Assembly: GCA_046292385.1 (NCBI GenBank)
Contig: JBKBRF010000011.1
Coordinates: 32,001-96,000, forward strand
Direction of reading: 5' to 3'
Source: Armatimonadota bacterium
GTDB lineage: Bacteria > Armatimonadota > SYMT01
Length of the DNA stretch: 64,000 bases
The notes under the pieces were generated by a model that was not told the DNA's origin, did not search any database, and saw only the letters and a list, made by a program, of their open reading frames with translations. Made by a program: the position numbers and the translations under genes. Below are positions 38,296 through 48,119 of this stretch, one piece after another (position 1 is the first letter of the stretch; each line of letters opens with the position of its first letter).

Positions 38296-40152
38296 ATGCA
38301 TCTCATCTCGCCCTGGTCGCTGCTCTGGCTCCTGCTGCTGGTGCCGGTCATCGTCTTCTTCTACCTGCTCAAGCTGAAGCGGAAGGAGATGGTGATCAGC
38401 TCCGTGCTGCTCTGGGACCACCTGGTGAAGGACGTCCAGGCCAACGCGCCGTTCCAGAAGTTGAAGAAGAACCTGCTGCTGCTCCTCCAGCTCCTGATCG
38501 CCCTCTTCTGCATCGCCGCGCTGGCGCGCCCCGCCTACGTGGCGCAGTCGCTGAGCGGCAGCAACGTGGTGGTGATCCTGGACGGCTCCGCGAGCATGCA
38601 GAGCCGGGATGCGGACGGCGGCACCCGCTTCGACGCCGCGCGCCGCCAGGCGCAGCGGATGGTGGCCGACATGAAGGGCGGCGACCGGATGATGGTGCTG
38701 CTCGCCGGCGCGCGCACGCACCGCCTGACCAGCCTCACCAGCGACCAGAACGAGCTGCGCGCCGCCCTCGACGGCGCCAAGCCGTTCGATACGACCACCA
38801 ACCTGCGCGACGCGATGCTGCTCGCCGTCTCCGTGGCGGGCCAGTACCAGGGGAGCCGGGTCTTCATCCTCTCCGACGGCGCCTTCCCGGAGCTGGAATC
38901 GCTCGACGACCGCGGCGCCGACCTGCAGTTCGTCCGCTTCGGCTCCCGCACCGAGAACGTCGGCCTGGTGGCGATGGACGTGCGGCGCTCGTTCAAGGAC
39001 GACGGCCGCTACCAGATGTACCTGGCGGTGCGGAACTACAGTCCCGAGCCGAAGACGACGAACCTCGAGTTCTACCGGAACGACGCGCTGATCGACGTCC
39101 GGCCGCTGGAGCTGCCGGCGGCCGATCCGGAGACCGGCTTCAGCGAGCGCGCCGAGCTGTTCGAGGACCTGCAGGAAACGACCGGCATCCTGCACGCGCG
39201 GCTCGACATCAAAGACGACCTGCCGGTCGACAACGAGGCGTACACGCAGCTCTCCGCCCGGCGCGAGATCAACGTCCTCCTCGTGACGGACGGCAACCTC
39301 TACCTGGAGCGGGCGCTGAACGTCGATCCGAACGTCAAGGTCTCCCGGGTGGCGCCCTCCGGCTACACGGGACAGTCTGGATTCGACGTCGTGGTCTTCG
39401 AGAACGCCGGCCCGAAGGAAGTCGGTCCCGGCGCCCACCTCTACATCAACTGCGGCGGTCCCACCGTTCCGGTAGAGATCAAGGGCAAGGTGAAGGACGC
39501 CTCCGTGCTCACCTGGGACCGCGTTCACCCGGTGATGCGCTACGTGAAGCTGAACCAGCTCAACATGCCGGAAGCGCTGGCGGTGGAGAAGAAGCCGTGG
39601 GGCGTGGTGCTGGCGGAGCACGAGTCCGGCCCGGCGGTCGCAATCGGCGAGACTCGCGGCCAGAAGTCCGCGTTCGTGGGCTTCCCGCTGCTGCAGACCG
39701 ACTTCCCGCTCCGCGTGGCGTTCCCGATCTTCTTCAACAACCTGGTCCAGTGGCTCGCCACCCAGCCCGGCCGCACCGAGGGCATGCAGCTCCGCGCGGG
39801 AGACACCGCCCCGGTCGAAGTGCCGGAGAACGTGGCGGAGGTGACCGTCCGGGATCCCGACGGGAACGCCACCCGCGTCAAGACCGACGGCCGCCTCGCC
39901 TACGTCTCCGCCACCGAGCGCAGCGGGATCTACACGGTGGAAGCTCCCAATTTCAAGCGGGAGTTCGCCGTGAACCTCCTGAGCCGCGACGAATCCGAGA
40001 CGAAGCCGCGCGACCAGATCCGCTTCGGCCGCCGCCCCGTCCTCGCGGGCACCGGCCGCGTCAGCACCAACCGCGAGGTCTGGCGCTGGCTGCTCCTCGC
40101 CGCCCTGGTCATCCTCGCCGCGGAGTGGTGGGTCTTCCACAAGCGGATATAG
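38296..40152 (+). CDS. BatA N-terminal + von Willebrand factor A domain membrane protein
   Basis: LLLVPVIVFFYLLK..LLW..LLLLQLL..LARP (BatA), DGSASM MIDAS, LSDG, C-terminal TM ending AEWW. Confidence 0.88.
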   Translation: MHLISPWSLLWLLLLVPVIVFFYLLKLKRKEMVISSVLLWDHLVKDVQANAPFQKLKKNLLLLLQLLIALFCIAALARPAYVAQSLSGSNVVVILDGSASMQSRDADGGTRFDAARRQAQRMVADMKGGDRMMVLLAGARTHRLTSLTSDQNELRAALDGAKPFDTTTNLRDAMLLAVSVAGQYQGSRVFILSDGAFPELESLDDRGADLQFVRFGSRTENVGLVAMDVRRSFKDDGRYQMYLAVRNYSPEPKTTNLEFYRNDALIDVRPLELPAADPETGFSERAELFEDLQETTGILHARLDIKDDLPVDNEAYTQLSARREINVLLVTDGNLYLERALNVDPNVKVSRVAPSGYTGQSGFDVVVFENAGPKEVGPGAHLYINCGGPTVPVEIKGKVKDASVLTWDRVHPVMRYVKLNQLNMPEALAVEKKPWGVVLAEHESGPAVAIGETRGQKSAFVGFPLLQTDFPLRVAFPIFFNNLVQWLATQPGRTEGMQLRAGDTAPVEVPENVAEVTVRDPDGNATRVKTDGRLAYVSATERSGIYTVEAPNFKREFAVNLLSRDESETKPRDQIRFGRRPVLAGTGRVSTNREVWRWLLLAALVILAAEWWVFHKRI

Positions 40153-40254
40153 TTTTGGAGAGCACCGCTCACCGAATCTTCCGGCTGCTCCGGTGGCCCC
40201 GCTGGCGCGAGAGGAATTCCCTCTCGCCAAAAGGGAGGCTGCCTCGGTGAAGTC

Positions 40255-40282
40255 TGTGGAGTGCGGTGGCTTGCCACCGCTT
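40255..40282 (+). repeat. REP-like palindrome TGTGGAGTGCGGTGGCTTGCCACCGCTT (family E)
   Basis: Matches the 38086-38113 copy, with covarying stem. Confidence 0.7.
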
Positions 40283-40474
40283 CCCCGCCAGGGGAATGGC
40301 GCCGAAGGGCTCGGCAGCCGGTGAGCCACCTGCTCCGCTGATTTCGCTAAGAGAATCTAGCGAGGGATGGCCGCTCCGCCCGGTCAGGGCGCGGGGCGGG
40401 ACCCCGTGGCGATGCCGTCCACGAACGAGAGTCAAAACGCCCGGTCCACCGGGAAATCCTACGGAGTAAATCTT

Positions 40475-42100
40475 TTGGCACGGGTTCAGCGCGCGCTGAT
40501 TAGCGTTTCAGACAAGACCGGCGTGGTAGAGCTCGCCCGCGGGCTGCAGGAGCTGGGCGTGGAGATCCTCTCCACCGGCGGGACCGCCGCCAGCCTGCGC
40601 GAGGCGGGGGTGAACGTGACCTCCGTGGAGCAGGTCACCGGCTTTCCCGAGATGATGGAAGGTCGCGTGAAAACGCTCCACCCCGCGGTGCACGGCGGGA
40701 TCCTGGCCGACCGCGCTAAGCCGGACCACATGGAGCAGCTCGCGGGCCAGGGCTTCCGGCCGATCGACCTGGTGGCGGTGAACCTCTACCCCTTCGCGCA
40801 GACCGTCGCCCGTCCCGGCTGCAGCCTGGAGGACGCGATCGAGAATATCGACATCGGCGGCCCGTCGATGATCCGCTCCGCCGCCAAGAACCACGCCGCG
40901 GTCACCGTCATCACCTCCCCAGCGGCGTACGGCGAGGTGCTGGAGGAGCTGCGGCAGAACCGCGGGGAGACGTCGCTCGCGACGCGCCGGCGGCTGGCGC
41001 AGCAGGCGTTCGCGCACACCGCGGAGTACGACCGCGCGATCGCGGCCTACCTGGCGGGCCAGCTCGAGGCGGGAGATACGCAGGAGACGCGCCTTCCGGA
41101 GCGGCTCGACCTCCAGTTCCGCAAGGCCTACGACCTGCGCTACGGTGAGAACCCGCACCAGAAGGCGGCGTTCTACCTCGATCCGAAGCCGGGCGAGCCG
41201 AGCGTCGCCACCGCCCGGCAGCTCCACGGCAAGGAGCTCTCTTTCACCAATATCCTCGACCTGAACGCGGCGCTGGAGCTGGTGAAGGAGTTCGACCGGC
41301 CCGCCTGCTCCATCATCAAGCACACCAACCCGTGCGGGTGTGCCGTGGCCGATTCGCTGGTCGAAGCCTACCGCCTGGCCCGCGAAGGGGAGCTGCCGCC
41401 GCTCAACTCGCGCTTTGGCGGCATCATCGCCTGCAACCGGCCGATCGACCTGGAGACGGCCGAGGAGATCATCGCGCCCGGCAGCTACTACGAGTGCATC
41501 ATCGCGCCCGGATTCGCGCCGGAGGTGCTGGAGTTGTTCCGCGGCCGCAAGAGTTGGGGCGAGCGGGTGCGGCTGATGGAGATCGACCCGCTGCCGCCGT
41601 TCGCGCAGCTCCGCGCTGAGGCGAGAGGACTCGACGCGCTCGACCTCAAGCGCGTGGTCGGCGGCCTCCTGGCGCAGGAGCGCGACCTCCGCGATCCGCA
41701 GGTGGGAGAAGACGGTGATCTCCAGGTGGCCACCGACCGTGCCCCCACAGAGCAGGAGCTGGCCGACATGCTCTTCGCCTGGAAAGTGGTGCGGCACGTG
41801 AAATCGAACGCCGTGGTCCTGGCGAAGAACGGACAGCTGATCGGTGTGGGCGCCGGGCAGACCAACCGCGTCCAATCCGCCGAGCTGGCGGTGAAGATGG
41901 CCGGACCGCGGGCGGAAGGCTCCGTCTGCGCCAGCGACGCCTACTTCCCGTTCCCGGACGGCCCGGAAGCGCTGGCGAAGGAGGGCGTGAAGGCGATCAT
42001 CCAGCCGGGCGGCTCGGTGAAGGACCAGGATACGGTCTTCGTTTGCAACCAGCACGGCGTGGCGATGGTCTTCACCGGCGCGCGCCACTTCCGGCATTGA
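40475..42100 (+). CDS. purH: Bifunctional AICAR transformylase/IMP cyclohydrolase
   Basis: RALISVSDK, STGGT, GRVKTLHP, IDIGGPSM, LRYGENPHQ, KHTNPCG, IIQPGGS, RHFRH; TTG start with GGAG RBS. Confidence 0.97.
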   Translation: MARVQRALISVSDKTGVVELARGLQELGVEILSTGGTAASLREAGVNVTSVEQVTGFPEMMEGRVKTLHPAVHGGILADRAKPDHMEQLAGQGFRPIDLVAVNLYPFAQTVARPGCSLEDAIENIDIGGPSMIRSAAKNHAAVTVITSPAAYGEVLEELRQNRGETSLATRRRLAQQAFAHTAEYDRAIAAYLAGQLEAGDTQETRLPERLDLQFRKAYDLRYGENPHQKAAFYLDPKPGEPSVATARQLHGKELSFTNILDLNAALELVKEFDRPACSIIKHTNPCGCAVADSLVEAYRLAREGELPPLNSRFGGIIACNRPIDLETAEEIIAPGSYYECIIAPGFAPEVLELFRGRKSWGERVRLMEIDPLPPFAQLRAEARGLDALDLKRVVGGLLAQERDLRDPQVGEDGDLQVATDRAPTEQELADMLFAWKVVRHVKSNAVVLAKNGQLIGVGAGQTNRVQSAELAVKMAGPRAEGSVCASDAYFPFPDGPEALAKEGVKAIIQPGGSVKDQDTVFVCNQHGVAMVFTGARHFRH

Positions 42101-42133
42101 TCGGCTCCGGACGCCAAGAGAGTTCACAGGAGG

Positions 42134-42664
42134 ATGAGTGAGATGAGCAGGCAGTCCCCCACCCCAGGCGCGTTGAGCCGGCGAGGCGTTTCGCTCCTCG
42201 CGGTCTCGGCGTGCGCGGCACTCCTGCTCCTCGCCGGCTGCGACTCGGCACGACGGTCCTCGGACGTGGGCGTCTCGCCGGCCCCGGCCACACAGGCCCC
42301 GGTGGAGGAGCCGCCGATTACCGACTTCGCGCAGCTCCCGACGGACGACGGCGCCAACTTCGTCGTGAAGGCGGAGCCCCGCTCCAAGGCGGTGCTGGAG
42401 CACTACGACCGGGAGTTCAAGGCGAAGGGGTGGCGGCGCCTGAACACCGCCCGCAGCACCGGACAGCTCTGGGAGTGGCAGCCCCTGCCGCCGGGCCTGG
42501 GTCTGGATTACTCGGAAGATCTGGAAGGCGCCTGGGTCAACCCGAAGACCGGAGAGACCGCAGTGCTGGGTCTGAACCAGCCGGCCAAGAGGAAAGGCGT
42601 GCAAGAGGGCACCCTCGACATCTACCCGAAGGGCGAAAACCCCTGGGCGGACGTCGAAGAGTGA
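42134..42664 (+). CDS. Lipoprotein, unknown function
   Basis: SRRG..hydrophobic..LAGC lipobox; AGGAGG RBS. Confidence 0.7.
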   Translation: MSEMSRQSPTPGALSRRGVSLLAVSACAALLLLAGCDSARRSSDVGVSPAPATQAPVEEPPITDFAQLPTDDGANFVVKAEPRSKAVLEHYDREFKAKGWRRLNTARSTGQLWEWQPLPPGLGLDYSEDLEGAWVNPKTGETAVLGLNQPAKRKGVQEGTLDIYPKGENPWADVEE

Positions 42665-44805
42665 CGGCACGCCGCCGCTCGCCCGGCCCGGCCTGGGGCG
42701 CGCTGGTGTTGCTGACGGCCGCGGCGATCGCCTCGGCGGATGGGCTGATGGTGCCGATGGCGAGCGCTTCCACCCCGCTCTCCGTGCGCCCGCGAGCGGC
42801 GGCGGTTCCGGCGGCGTTCTCCGCGAAGGAGCGACCGCTCCTGCTGATCCCGCAGCCGAAGCAGGTCCGGCTCGCTGAGGGGCACCGTGCGGAGAAGCTC
42901 ACCGTCCGGGACGGGATCGAGTGCTCCGTCACGCTCCCCCAGGGGGAGGACCACCTGCCGGCGGCACTGCGAGAGGTGCTCTCCTCCGCCGGTATCACGC
43001 CGCGCACGGTCCGCCGTTACTTCCACGCGGCACCCTGGGCGGAGGTCCGGCTCGGCTCCACCGCGCGCGCCCGCACCGCCCCGGCGGAAGACGCCGAATG
43101 GGCGCGCAACCCCGAGGGCTATTCCCTGAAGATCGGCGCCGACGGGGTCACCCTCACCGGCAGCACGGCACGGGGGGCGTTCTACGGACTCCAGACGCTT
43201 CGACAACTCCTGCGTCCGGGTGCGGACGGGGCGGAGTGCCCCACCGGCGAGATCCTGGACTGGCCCACTATGCCGTCCCGCGGCGCGCACTGGTTCCCCA
43301 GCGCCTCCGGGGTGCCGTTCCATCGCAAGCTGATCGAGCGGGTGATGTCGCGCTACAAGCTGAACGCGGCGGTCATCCAGTGCGAGGCGGCGAGATGGGA
43401 GAGCCATCCGGAGATCGCCGCTCCCAACTCGATCTCCCGCGCCGATCTCCAGGGGCTCGTCGACCTCTGCCGGTCGCGCTACCTAGACCCGATCCCGCTC
43501 ATCAACGCGCCCGGCCACGCCCAATGGATGTTCCGGAACGACCGGAACCTGGAGCTGGCCGAGGATCCGCAGACCCCGTACGCCTACTGCGTGAACCACC
43601 CGGAGGGCCGCAAGTTCATCCGGGAGATCCTCACCGAGGCGGTGGAGGTCTTCCGCCCGTCCTGGTTCCACCTGGGGCACGATGAGGTGACCCTCCGCGG
43701 CCGCTTCCCGAACCCGGAATGTCCCCGCTGCGCCGGCAGGGACGTGACCGACCTGGTGTTAGGGCACGCGCGCGGCATGCGCGACTGGCTGGCGGAGCGG
43801 AAGGTCCGGATGATGATCTGGGGCGACATGCTCCTGGCGCCGTCCGAGTCGCCGGATGCCCACGCCCCCAGCGAGACGGCGGCCCGCGCCCGCCGGCAGG
43901 GGCTGCCGGACGACCTCCGCGTGGCGGACTGGCACTACGAAACACGAGACCGATATCCCAGTCTCGACCTGCTGCGCCAGGGCGGCCGGGAGGTGATCGC
44001 CTGTACCTGGCACGATCCCCAGAACGTCTTCACCTTCGCGCGGGCCGCGCGGCAGGCGGGCGCGGCGGGTCTGCTGCAGACCACCTGGGCCGGCTATTTC
44101 CCGGATGAGAAGGTGCTGGAGACGGAGAGCCGGCAGTTCGCCGCCTTTATCCTGGCGGCGGAGTACGCGTGGTCCGGCCGCTCGGAGCCCCCTGCCGAGC
44201 TGCCGTACCGGCATGGGACGGAGCTCGCCCGCGCCTATACCGAAGACGGGCCGCCGCTGGACCGGGCTGGCACGCTCCTCGATCTCAGCCGCGCCGCCCG
44301 GGTTACCCGCGCCGCCTGGGAGAAGCTCGGTCCGGCGTTCGACCTCCGGAGCCTGCCGGCCGGCAAGCGCCGCGCGGCGGACGTGCTCTTCCAGGTGCCG
44401 GAGAAGCTTCTCGTGCTTGGCGGCCCGGCCTCGGTCGCCGGCGCCTCTCCGGGCGTCACGCTGGAGCTGAGTCGCAAGGCGGGGGAAGTGGCGCTGCTCA
44501 ACGCGGCGGTCCGCAGCGTGCCCCCCGGCACAGTAGCGGCAAAGGTGACCGTCGAGTACGCCGACGGCGCCGCGGAGACCGTGGAGCTCGCGACCGGACG
44601 GAGCACCGCCGCCTGGAGCGACGAGACCGCCCTCTTCCGCGCCCCCATCGGCTGGCAAGCCCGCGCCGCCTCCGGCGAAAGGGGCGCGCTGCGCGTGACC
44701 CGCTGGTCCAATCCCCATCCGGAGCGCCAGATCGCGCGCCTCCGCTTCCAACCGGTCCACCCGGAAGCCGGCCTGATCCTCGCCGGGGTCACACTGCTCG
44801 ACTGA
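42661..44805 (+). CDS. Glycoside hydrolase family 20-like protein
   Basis: LIPQPKQ, EGYSLKI, GAFYGLQTLRQL, DWP..RG, PGHA, FHLGHDEV, IWGDM; GTG overlaps the upstream TGA. Confidence 0.85.
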   Translation: MTARRRSPGPAWGALVLLTAAAIASADGLMVPMASASTPLSVRPRAAAVPAAFSAKERPLLLIPQPKQVRLAEGHRAEKLTVRDGIECSVTLPQGEDHLPAALREVLSSAGITPRTVRRYFHAAPWAEVRLGSTARARTAPAEDAEWARNPEGYSLKIGADGVTLTGSTARGAFYGLQTLRQLLRPGADGAECPTGEILDWPTMPSRGAHWFPSASGVPFHRKLIERVMSRYKLNAAVIQCEAARWESHPEIAAPNSISRADLQGLVDLCRSRYLDPIPLINAPGHAQWMFRNDRNLELAEDPQTPYAYCVNHPEGRKFIREILTEAVEVFRPSWFHLGHDEVTLRGRFPNPECPRCAGRDVTDLVLGHARGMRDWLAERKVRMMIWGDMLLAPSESPDAHAPSETAARARRQGLPDDLRVADWHYETRDRYPSLDLLRQGGREVIACTWHDPQNVFTFARAARQAGAAGLLQTTWAGYFPDEKVLETESRQFAAFILAAEYAWSGRSEPPAELPYRHGTELARAYTEDGPPLDRAGTLLDLSRAARVTRAAWEKLGPAFDLRSLPAGKRRAADVLFQVPEKLLVLGGPASVAGASPGVTLELSRKAGEVALLNAAVRSVPPGTVAAKVTVEYADGAAETVELATGRSTAAWSDETALFRAPIGWQARAASGERGALRVTRWSNPHPERQIARLRFQPVHPEAGLILAGVTLLD

Positions 44806-44867
44806 GCGTCGGGAACGGATCAGAGGAGTGATAGAGATCGGCTTCAGCCAGTTCCGTGCTCGAGGCG

Positions 44868-45485
44868 CTACCGATAGGCCGTAAACACCGGCGACGGGCC
44901 CTCCGCCGTCTGTCCGGAGCGCCGCCTCACTTCCACGTAGTAGTCGTAGCAGCCGGGGCAGACCAGCATGTGCCACATCAGGCTGCGCTCCTTCCGGCGG
45001 TCCAGGCCGGTGCCGACCATTCGCGGCACCAGGTCGTGCACCTGCTGCTCGTCCATCGGCTCGATGTCCGGCGCGTCGGCGGGGATCTTGACCCGCCGCA
45101 CCACCACCTCCGGCGCCGGGCGGTGCCAGACGTTCACGGAGGCGAGCGCCAGCAGGCAGACTCCCGCCAGCGCGAAGGCGGCGCCGCTCGCCCAGCGCGG
45201 CGCCCGCCACGGGCGCCGGGAGGGTGCCGGGGGGCGTGCCGCGCCTCCGGTCTCCAGCGCCTGGAGGACCCGCCGGCGCACCGCTGCGCGGCACGGGTCT
45301 TCCGCCGTGGTCTGCGCGGGGGGCAGCGCGTCCTGCACCTGCGCCGCCATGTCGAGCATCTCCACCAGTTCCCGCAGCTCGTCCCGGGAGAGGCGCGGCG
45401 GCGGCCCGTCCGGGTGGCACTCTCGGATCTGCTCCACGTATCGCCAGACCAGCTCGGCGGCGATTTGTTCTCGGTTCGTTGCCAT
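44868..45485 (-). CDS. Putative anti-sigma factor, single TM, C-terminal zf-HC2-like domain
   Basis: 9 nt downstream of an ECF sigma gene; TM helix followed by ..WHMLVCPGC. Confidence 0.7.
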   Translation of the reverse strand: MATNREQIAAELVWRYVEQIRECHPDGPPPRLSRDELRELVEMLDMAAQVQDALPPAQTTAEDPCRAAVRRRVLQALETGGAARPPAPSRRPWRAPRWASGAAFALAGVCLLALASVNVWHRPAPEVVVRRVKIPADAPDIEPMDEQQVHDLVPRMVGTGLDRRKERSLMWHMLVCPGCYDYYVEVRRRSGQTAEGPSPVFTAYR

Positions 45486-45494
45486 CGTTCGGTC

Positions 45495-46097
45495 CTACGA
45501 CTTGGTTCGTTCCGGACGGGACTGCTCTTTCAGCACCAGCTCGCGGAGCCGCTTCATCGCCTTGTAGAGGTGCGTCGTCACGGAGGTGATCGACGGCTTG
45601 CCCATGATCTCCTGGATCTCCCGGCAGCTCAGCTCGCGGTCGTAACTCAGCGTGATGATCTGGCGGTCGGACGGGCTCAGCCGCTCCATCGCCTCCCGGA
45701 TGCGCGCCAGCTCCGCTTGCCACAGCACCAGGTCTTCCGGCGCGATCGCCTGGGGATCGGCCTCCGGGCGCACTTCCTCCAGCACCAGCGGCTCCGGCGT
45801 CCGGCCGCGCTGGCGAAGGCGGTCGGTCACCAGGTTGCGCGCCACGGCGTAGAGGTAGGAGAGGTAGCTGGCGCCGCGGTCCGGATCGTACGACTGGATC
45901 CGGGCGAAGGCGCGCGCGAAGGCGTCCGCCAGGAGGTCCTCCACCTCACCGTCCGGCAGCCCGGAATGGCGGATGAAGCGCTCCAGTCGGGTGTAGTGGC
46001 GCTCGAAGATCACGCTGAAGAGCTTCGCCTCGCCGCGCTGTACCCGGCGGACGATCTCTTCATCCGAGGCGGAAGACCACCTCGTCTCCTCTCTCAT
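45495..46097 (-). CDS. ECF RNA polymerase sigma factor (sigma-24 family)
   Basis: SDEEIV, EDLLADAF, YLYAVARNLVTDRLR, LSPSDRQII..LSCREIQEIMG region 4. Confidence 0.92.
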   Translation of the reverse strand: MREETRWSSASDEEIVRRVQRGEAKLFSVIFERHYTRLERFIRHSGLPDGEVEDLLADAFARAFARIQSYDPDRGASYLSYLYAVARNLVTDRLRQRGRTPEPLVLEEVRPEADPQAIAPEDLVLWQAELARIREAMERLSPSDRQIITLSYDRELSCREIQEIMGKPSITSVTTHLYKAMKRLRELVLKEQSRPERTKS

Positions 46098-46163
46098 GCG
46101 CAGCCCTCGCTTCCGGCTCCTGAGTCGCTACATCCTACGAGCGCGCGGGCCGCGGTGTCACTG

Positions 46164-46385
46164 TTCCGAACCTTGATTCACCGCAGAGACGCAGAGGACG
46201 CGGAGAGAACCCGAACCAGATTCCGATCCGGACTTGTCGCTAAGAACGCAAAGAGGGGAACCAGAAGGACACATTCCGGGGCCGCTGTACCCGACTCGAC
46301 AGGCGAGTCAGGCCCCACTCTGGTTCGCTCCCCCAGGCTCCCCATCTGCGCTCTCTGCGTCTCTGCGGTGAATGATGGTTCGGAA
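46164..46385. mobile_element. MITE/REPIN-like element (family A, copy 2)
   Basis: TTCCGAACC..ATTCACCGCAGAGACGCAGAG / CTCTGCGTCTCTGCGGTGAAT..GGTTCGGAA; interior homologous to the reverse complement of 13804-13990. Confidence 0.7.
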
Positions 46386-46390
46386 ATGCG

Positions 46391-47911
46391 TCAGCTATCG
46401 AGGTAGACGGCTCGCAGGACTTCTTCCAGGGTGGTGACGCCGGAGAGGACCTTGCGGAGGGCGTCGTCGCGGAGGGCGACCATGCCGGTCTGAATAGCCG
46501 CCTTCCGGATCTCGGCGGCGCTGCGGCGCTCCTGGATGGCGGTGCGGATCTGCTCGTTCATCACCAGCAGCTCGTAGACCCCCAGCCGGCCGCGGTAGCC
46601 GGTGTGACGGCACTCCCGGCAGCCGGCGCCGCGGTAGATCACCGCGTGCGGATCGGTGATGTTGAGCCGCTTCCGGAGGGCATCCGGGATCGGCTCCGGC
46701 GCGCGGCAGTTGGAGCAGATGCGGCGGACCAGCCGCTGCGCCATCACGCCCACGACCGCGGAGCTGAAGAGGAACGGCTCCAGGCCCATGTCGGTCGCGC
46801 GGGTGGCGGCGCTGGCGCTGTCGTTGCAGTGCAGGGTGCTGAAGACGAAGTGCCCCGTCAGCGCGGCCTGCACCGCCATGCCGAGCGTCTCCATGTCCCG
46901 GATTTCCCCGACCATCACCACGTCCGGGTCCTGGCGCAGCGTGTGGCGCAGCGCGGTGGCGAAGGTGAGGCCGATCTTCGGGTGGACCTGGATCTGCGTG
47001 ACGCGCGGCAGCTCGTATTCCACCGGATCCTCGATCGTCATCACGTTGCGCCCGGTGGTATCCATGGCGCGGAGCGCGGTGTAGAGCGAGGTCGTCTTTC
47101 CGGAGCCGGTCGGTCCGGTCACCAGGAGCATCCCGTACGGCTTGGCGATCACTTGCTCGAAGAGGCGGCGCTCCCGCTCCAGCATCCCCAGCTCTTCCAG
47201 GGAGAGGGTGGTCGAGTCTTTGGGGAGCATGCGGAGCACCGCCTTTTCCCCGAACTGCGTCGGCATGGTGGAGACGCGGACGTCCCACCGCATCCCGACC
47301 AGCTTGATCGCAAAGCGGCCGTCGAGCGGCAGCCGGTGCTCCGCGATGTCGATGTTCGCCAGGATCTTGATGCGGGAGAGTAGCGGGATGTGCTCGTCCG
47401 GGCTCATCTCGCGGTAGTCGAAGAGCACTCCGTCCACGCGGAAGCGGACGACGCACCGCGTCTCGTACGGCTCGAAGTGAACGTCGCTCGCCCGCTGCTG
47501 GATCGCGTCGGTCAGGATCTTCTCCAGCAGCAGGACCGTCGGCGCGTCGGCGGAGGGCTTGCTCGATCCGAGCACCACGGTGTTGCCGCGGGCGGTGCTG
47601 CTGCTCCCCAGCGCCGCGTCTTCCCCGTCGCCGAGATCGGCGTAGACCCGCGCGATGATGGCGCGCAGGTCCGCGGGCGAGGTGGGTACCGGGCGCACCC
47701 GCTTGCGACTCAGGCGCTGGATCTCGTCGATCGCAACCACGTCGCCCGTGTCGAGCATCGCCACGGTGAGCACGTCGCCCTCGATCTCTACCGGGACCGC
47801 CTGCAGCGCCTCGGCGGCCTGCCGCGGGATGGCGGCGGCGAGGGCGGGGTCCAGCTTCACACTCCCCGCGGTGATCGGCGCGGTCTCGGACGGACGGGTC
47901 GGGACGCTCAT
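46391..47911 (-). CDS. GspE/PilB family secretion/pilus assembly ATPase
   Basis: RASDVHFEP, GPTGSGKTT, TIEDPVE, LRQDPDVVMVGEIRD, tetracysteine CSNC..CREC, GYRGR. Confidence 0.93.
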   Translation of the reverse strand: MSVPTRPSETAPITAGSVKLDPALAAAIPRQAAEALQAVPVEIEGDVLTVAMLDTGDVVAIDEIQRLSRKRVRPVPTSPADLRAIIARVYADLGDGEDAALGSSSTARGNTVVLGSSKPSADAPTVLLLEKILTDAIQQRASDVHFEPYETRCVVRFRVDGVLFDYREMSPDEHIPLLSRIKILANIDIAEHRLPLDGRFAIKLVGMRWDVRVSTMPTQFGEKAVLRMLPKDSTTLSLEELGMLERERRLFEQVIAKPYGMLLVTGPTGSGKTTSLYTALRAMDTTGRNVMTIEDPVEYELPRVTQIQVHPKIGLTFATALRHTLRQDPDVVMVGEIRDMETLGMAVQAALTGHFVFSTLHCNDSASAATRATDMGLEPFLFSSAVVGVMAQRLVRRICSNCRAPEPIPDALRKRLNITDPHAVIYRGAGCRECRHTGYRGRLGVYELLVMNEQIRTAIQERRSAAEIRKAAIQTGMVALRDDALRKVLSGVTTLEEVLRAVYLDS

Positions 47912-48119
47912 ACTTACCTCCACGGATCCGGCCGCGCGGCCGGGTCATACTGCCCTTAGTTCTCCTTCAGACGAAGGAGCCCCTCCTCACGCGCGGCTCC
48001 GCGGAGGCTTCCTGCGCCGGGGCGGCGAACCGTAACCCATCCGAAAGCGATATCCCCGTATCGGACCCGGGCTCCTCCCCGTTTGGTAACGCGGAGGGCG
48101 CTCCAGCGGCGCTGCGTGC

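Noticed and set aside
40290..40474. ZMP/ZTP or purine riboswitch upstream of purH
   Set aside because: The conserved aptamer motifs are not recognisable.
37987..42670. Very long antisense ORFs (e.g. 37987-40329, 40508-42670, also 48992-50980, 50848-52950, 60735-62903)
   Set aside because: Shadows of real genes caused by high GC3; no independent protein motifs.
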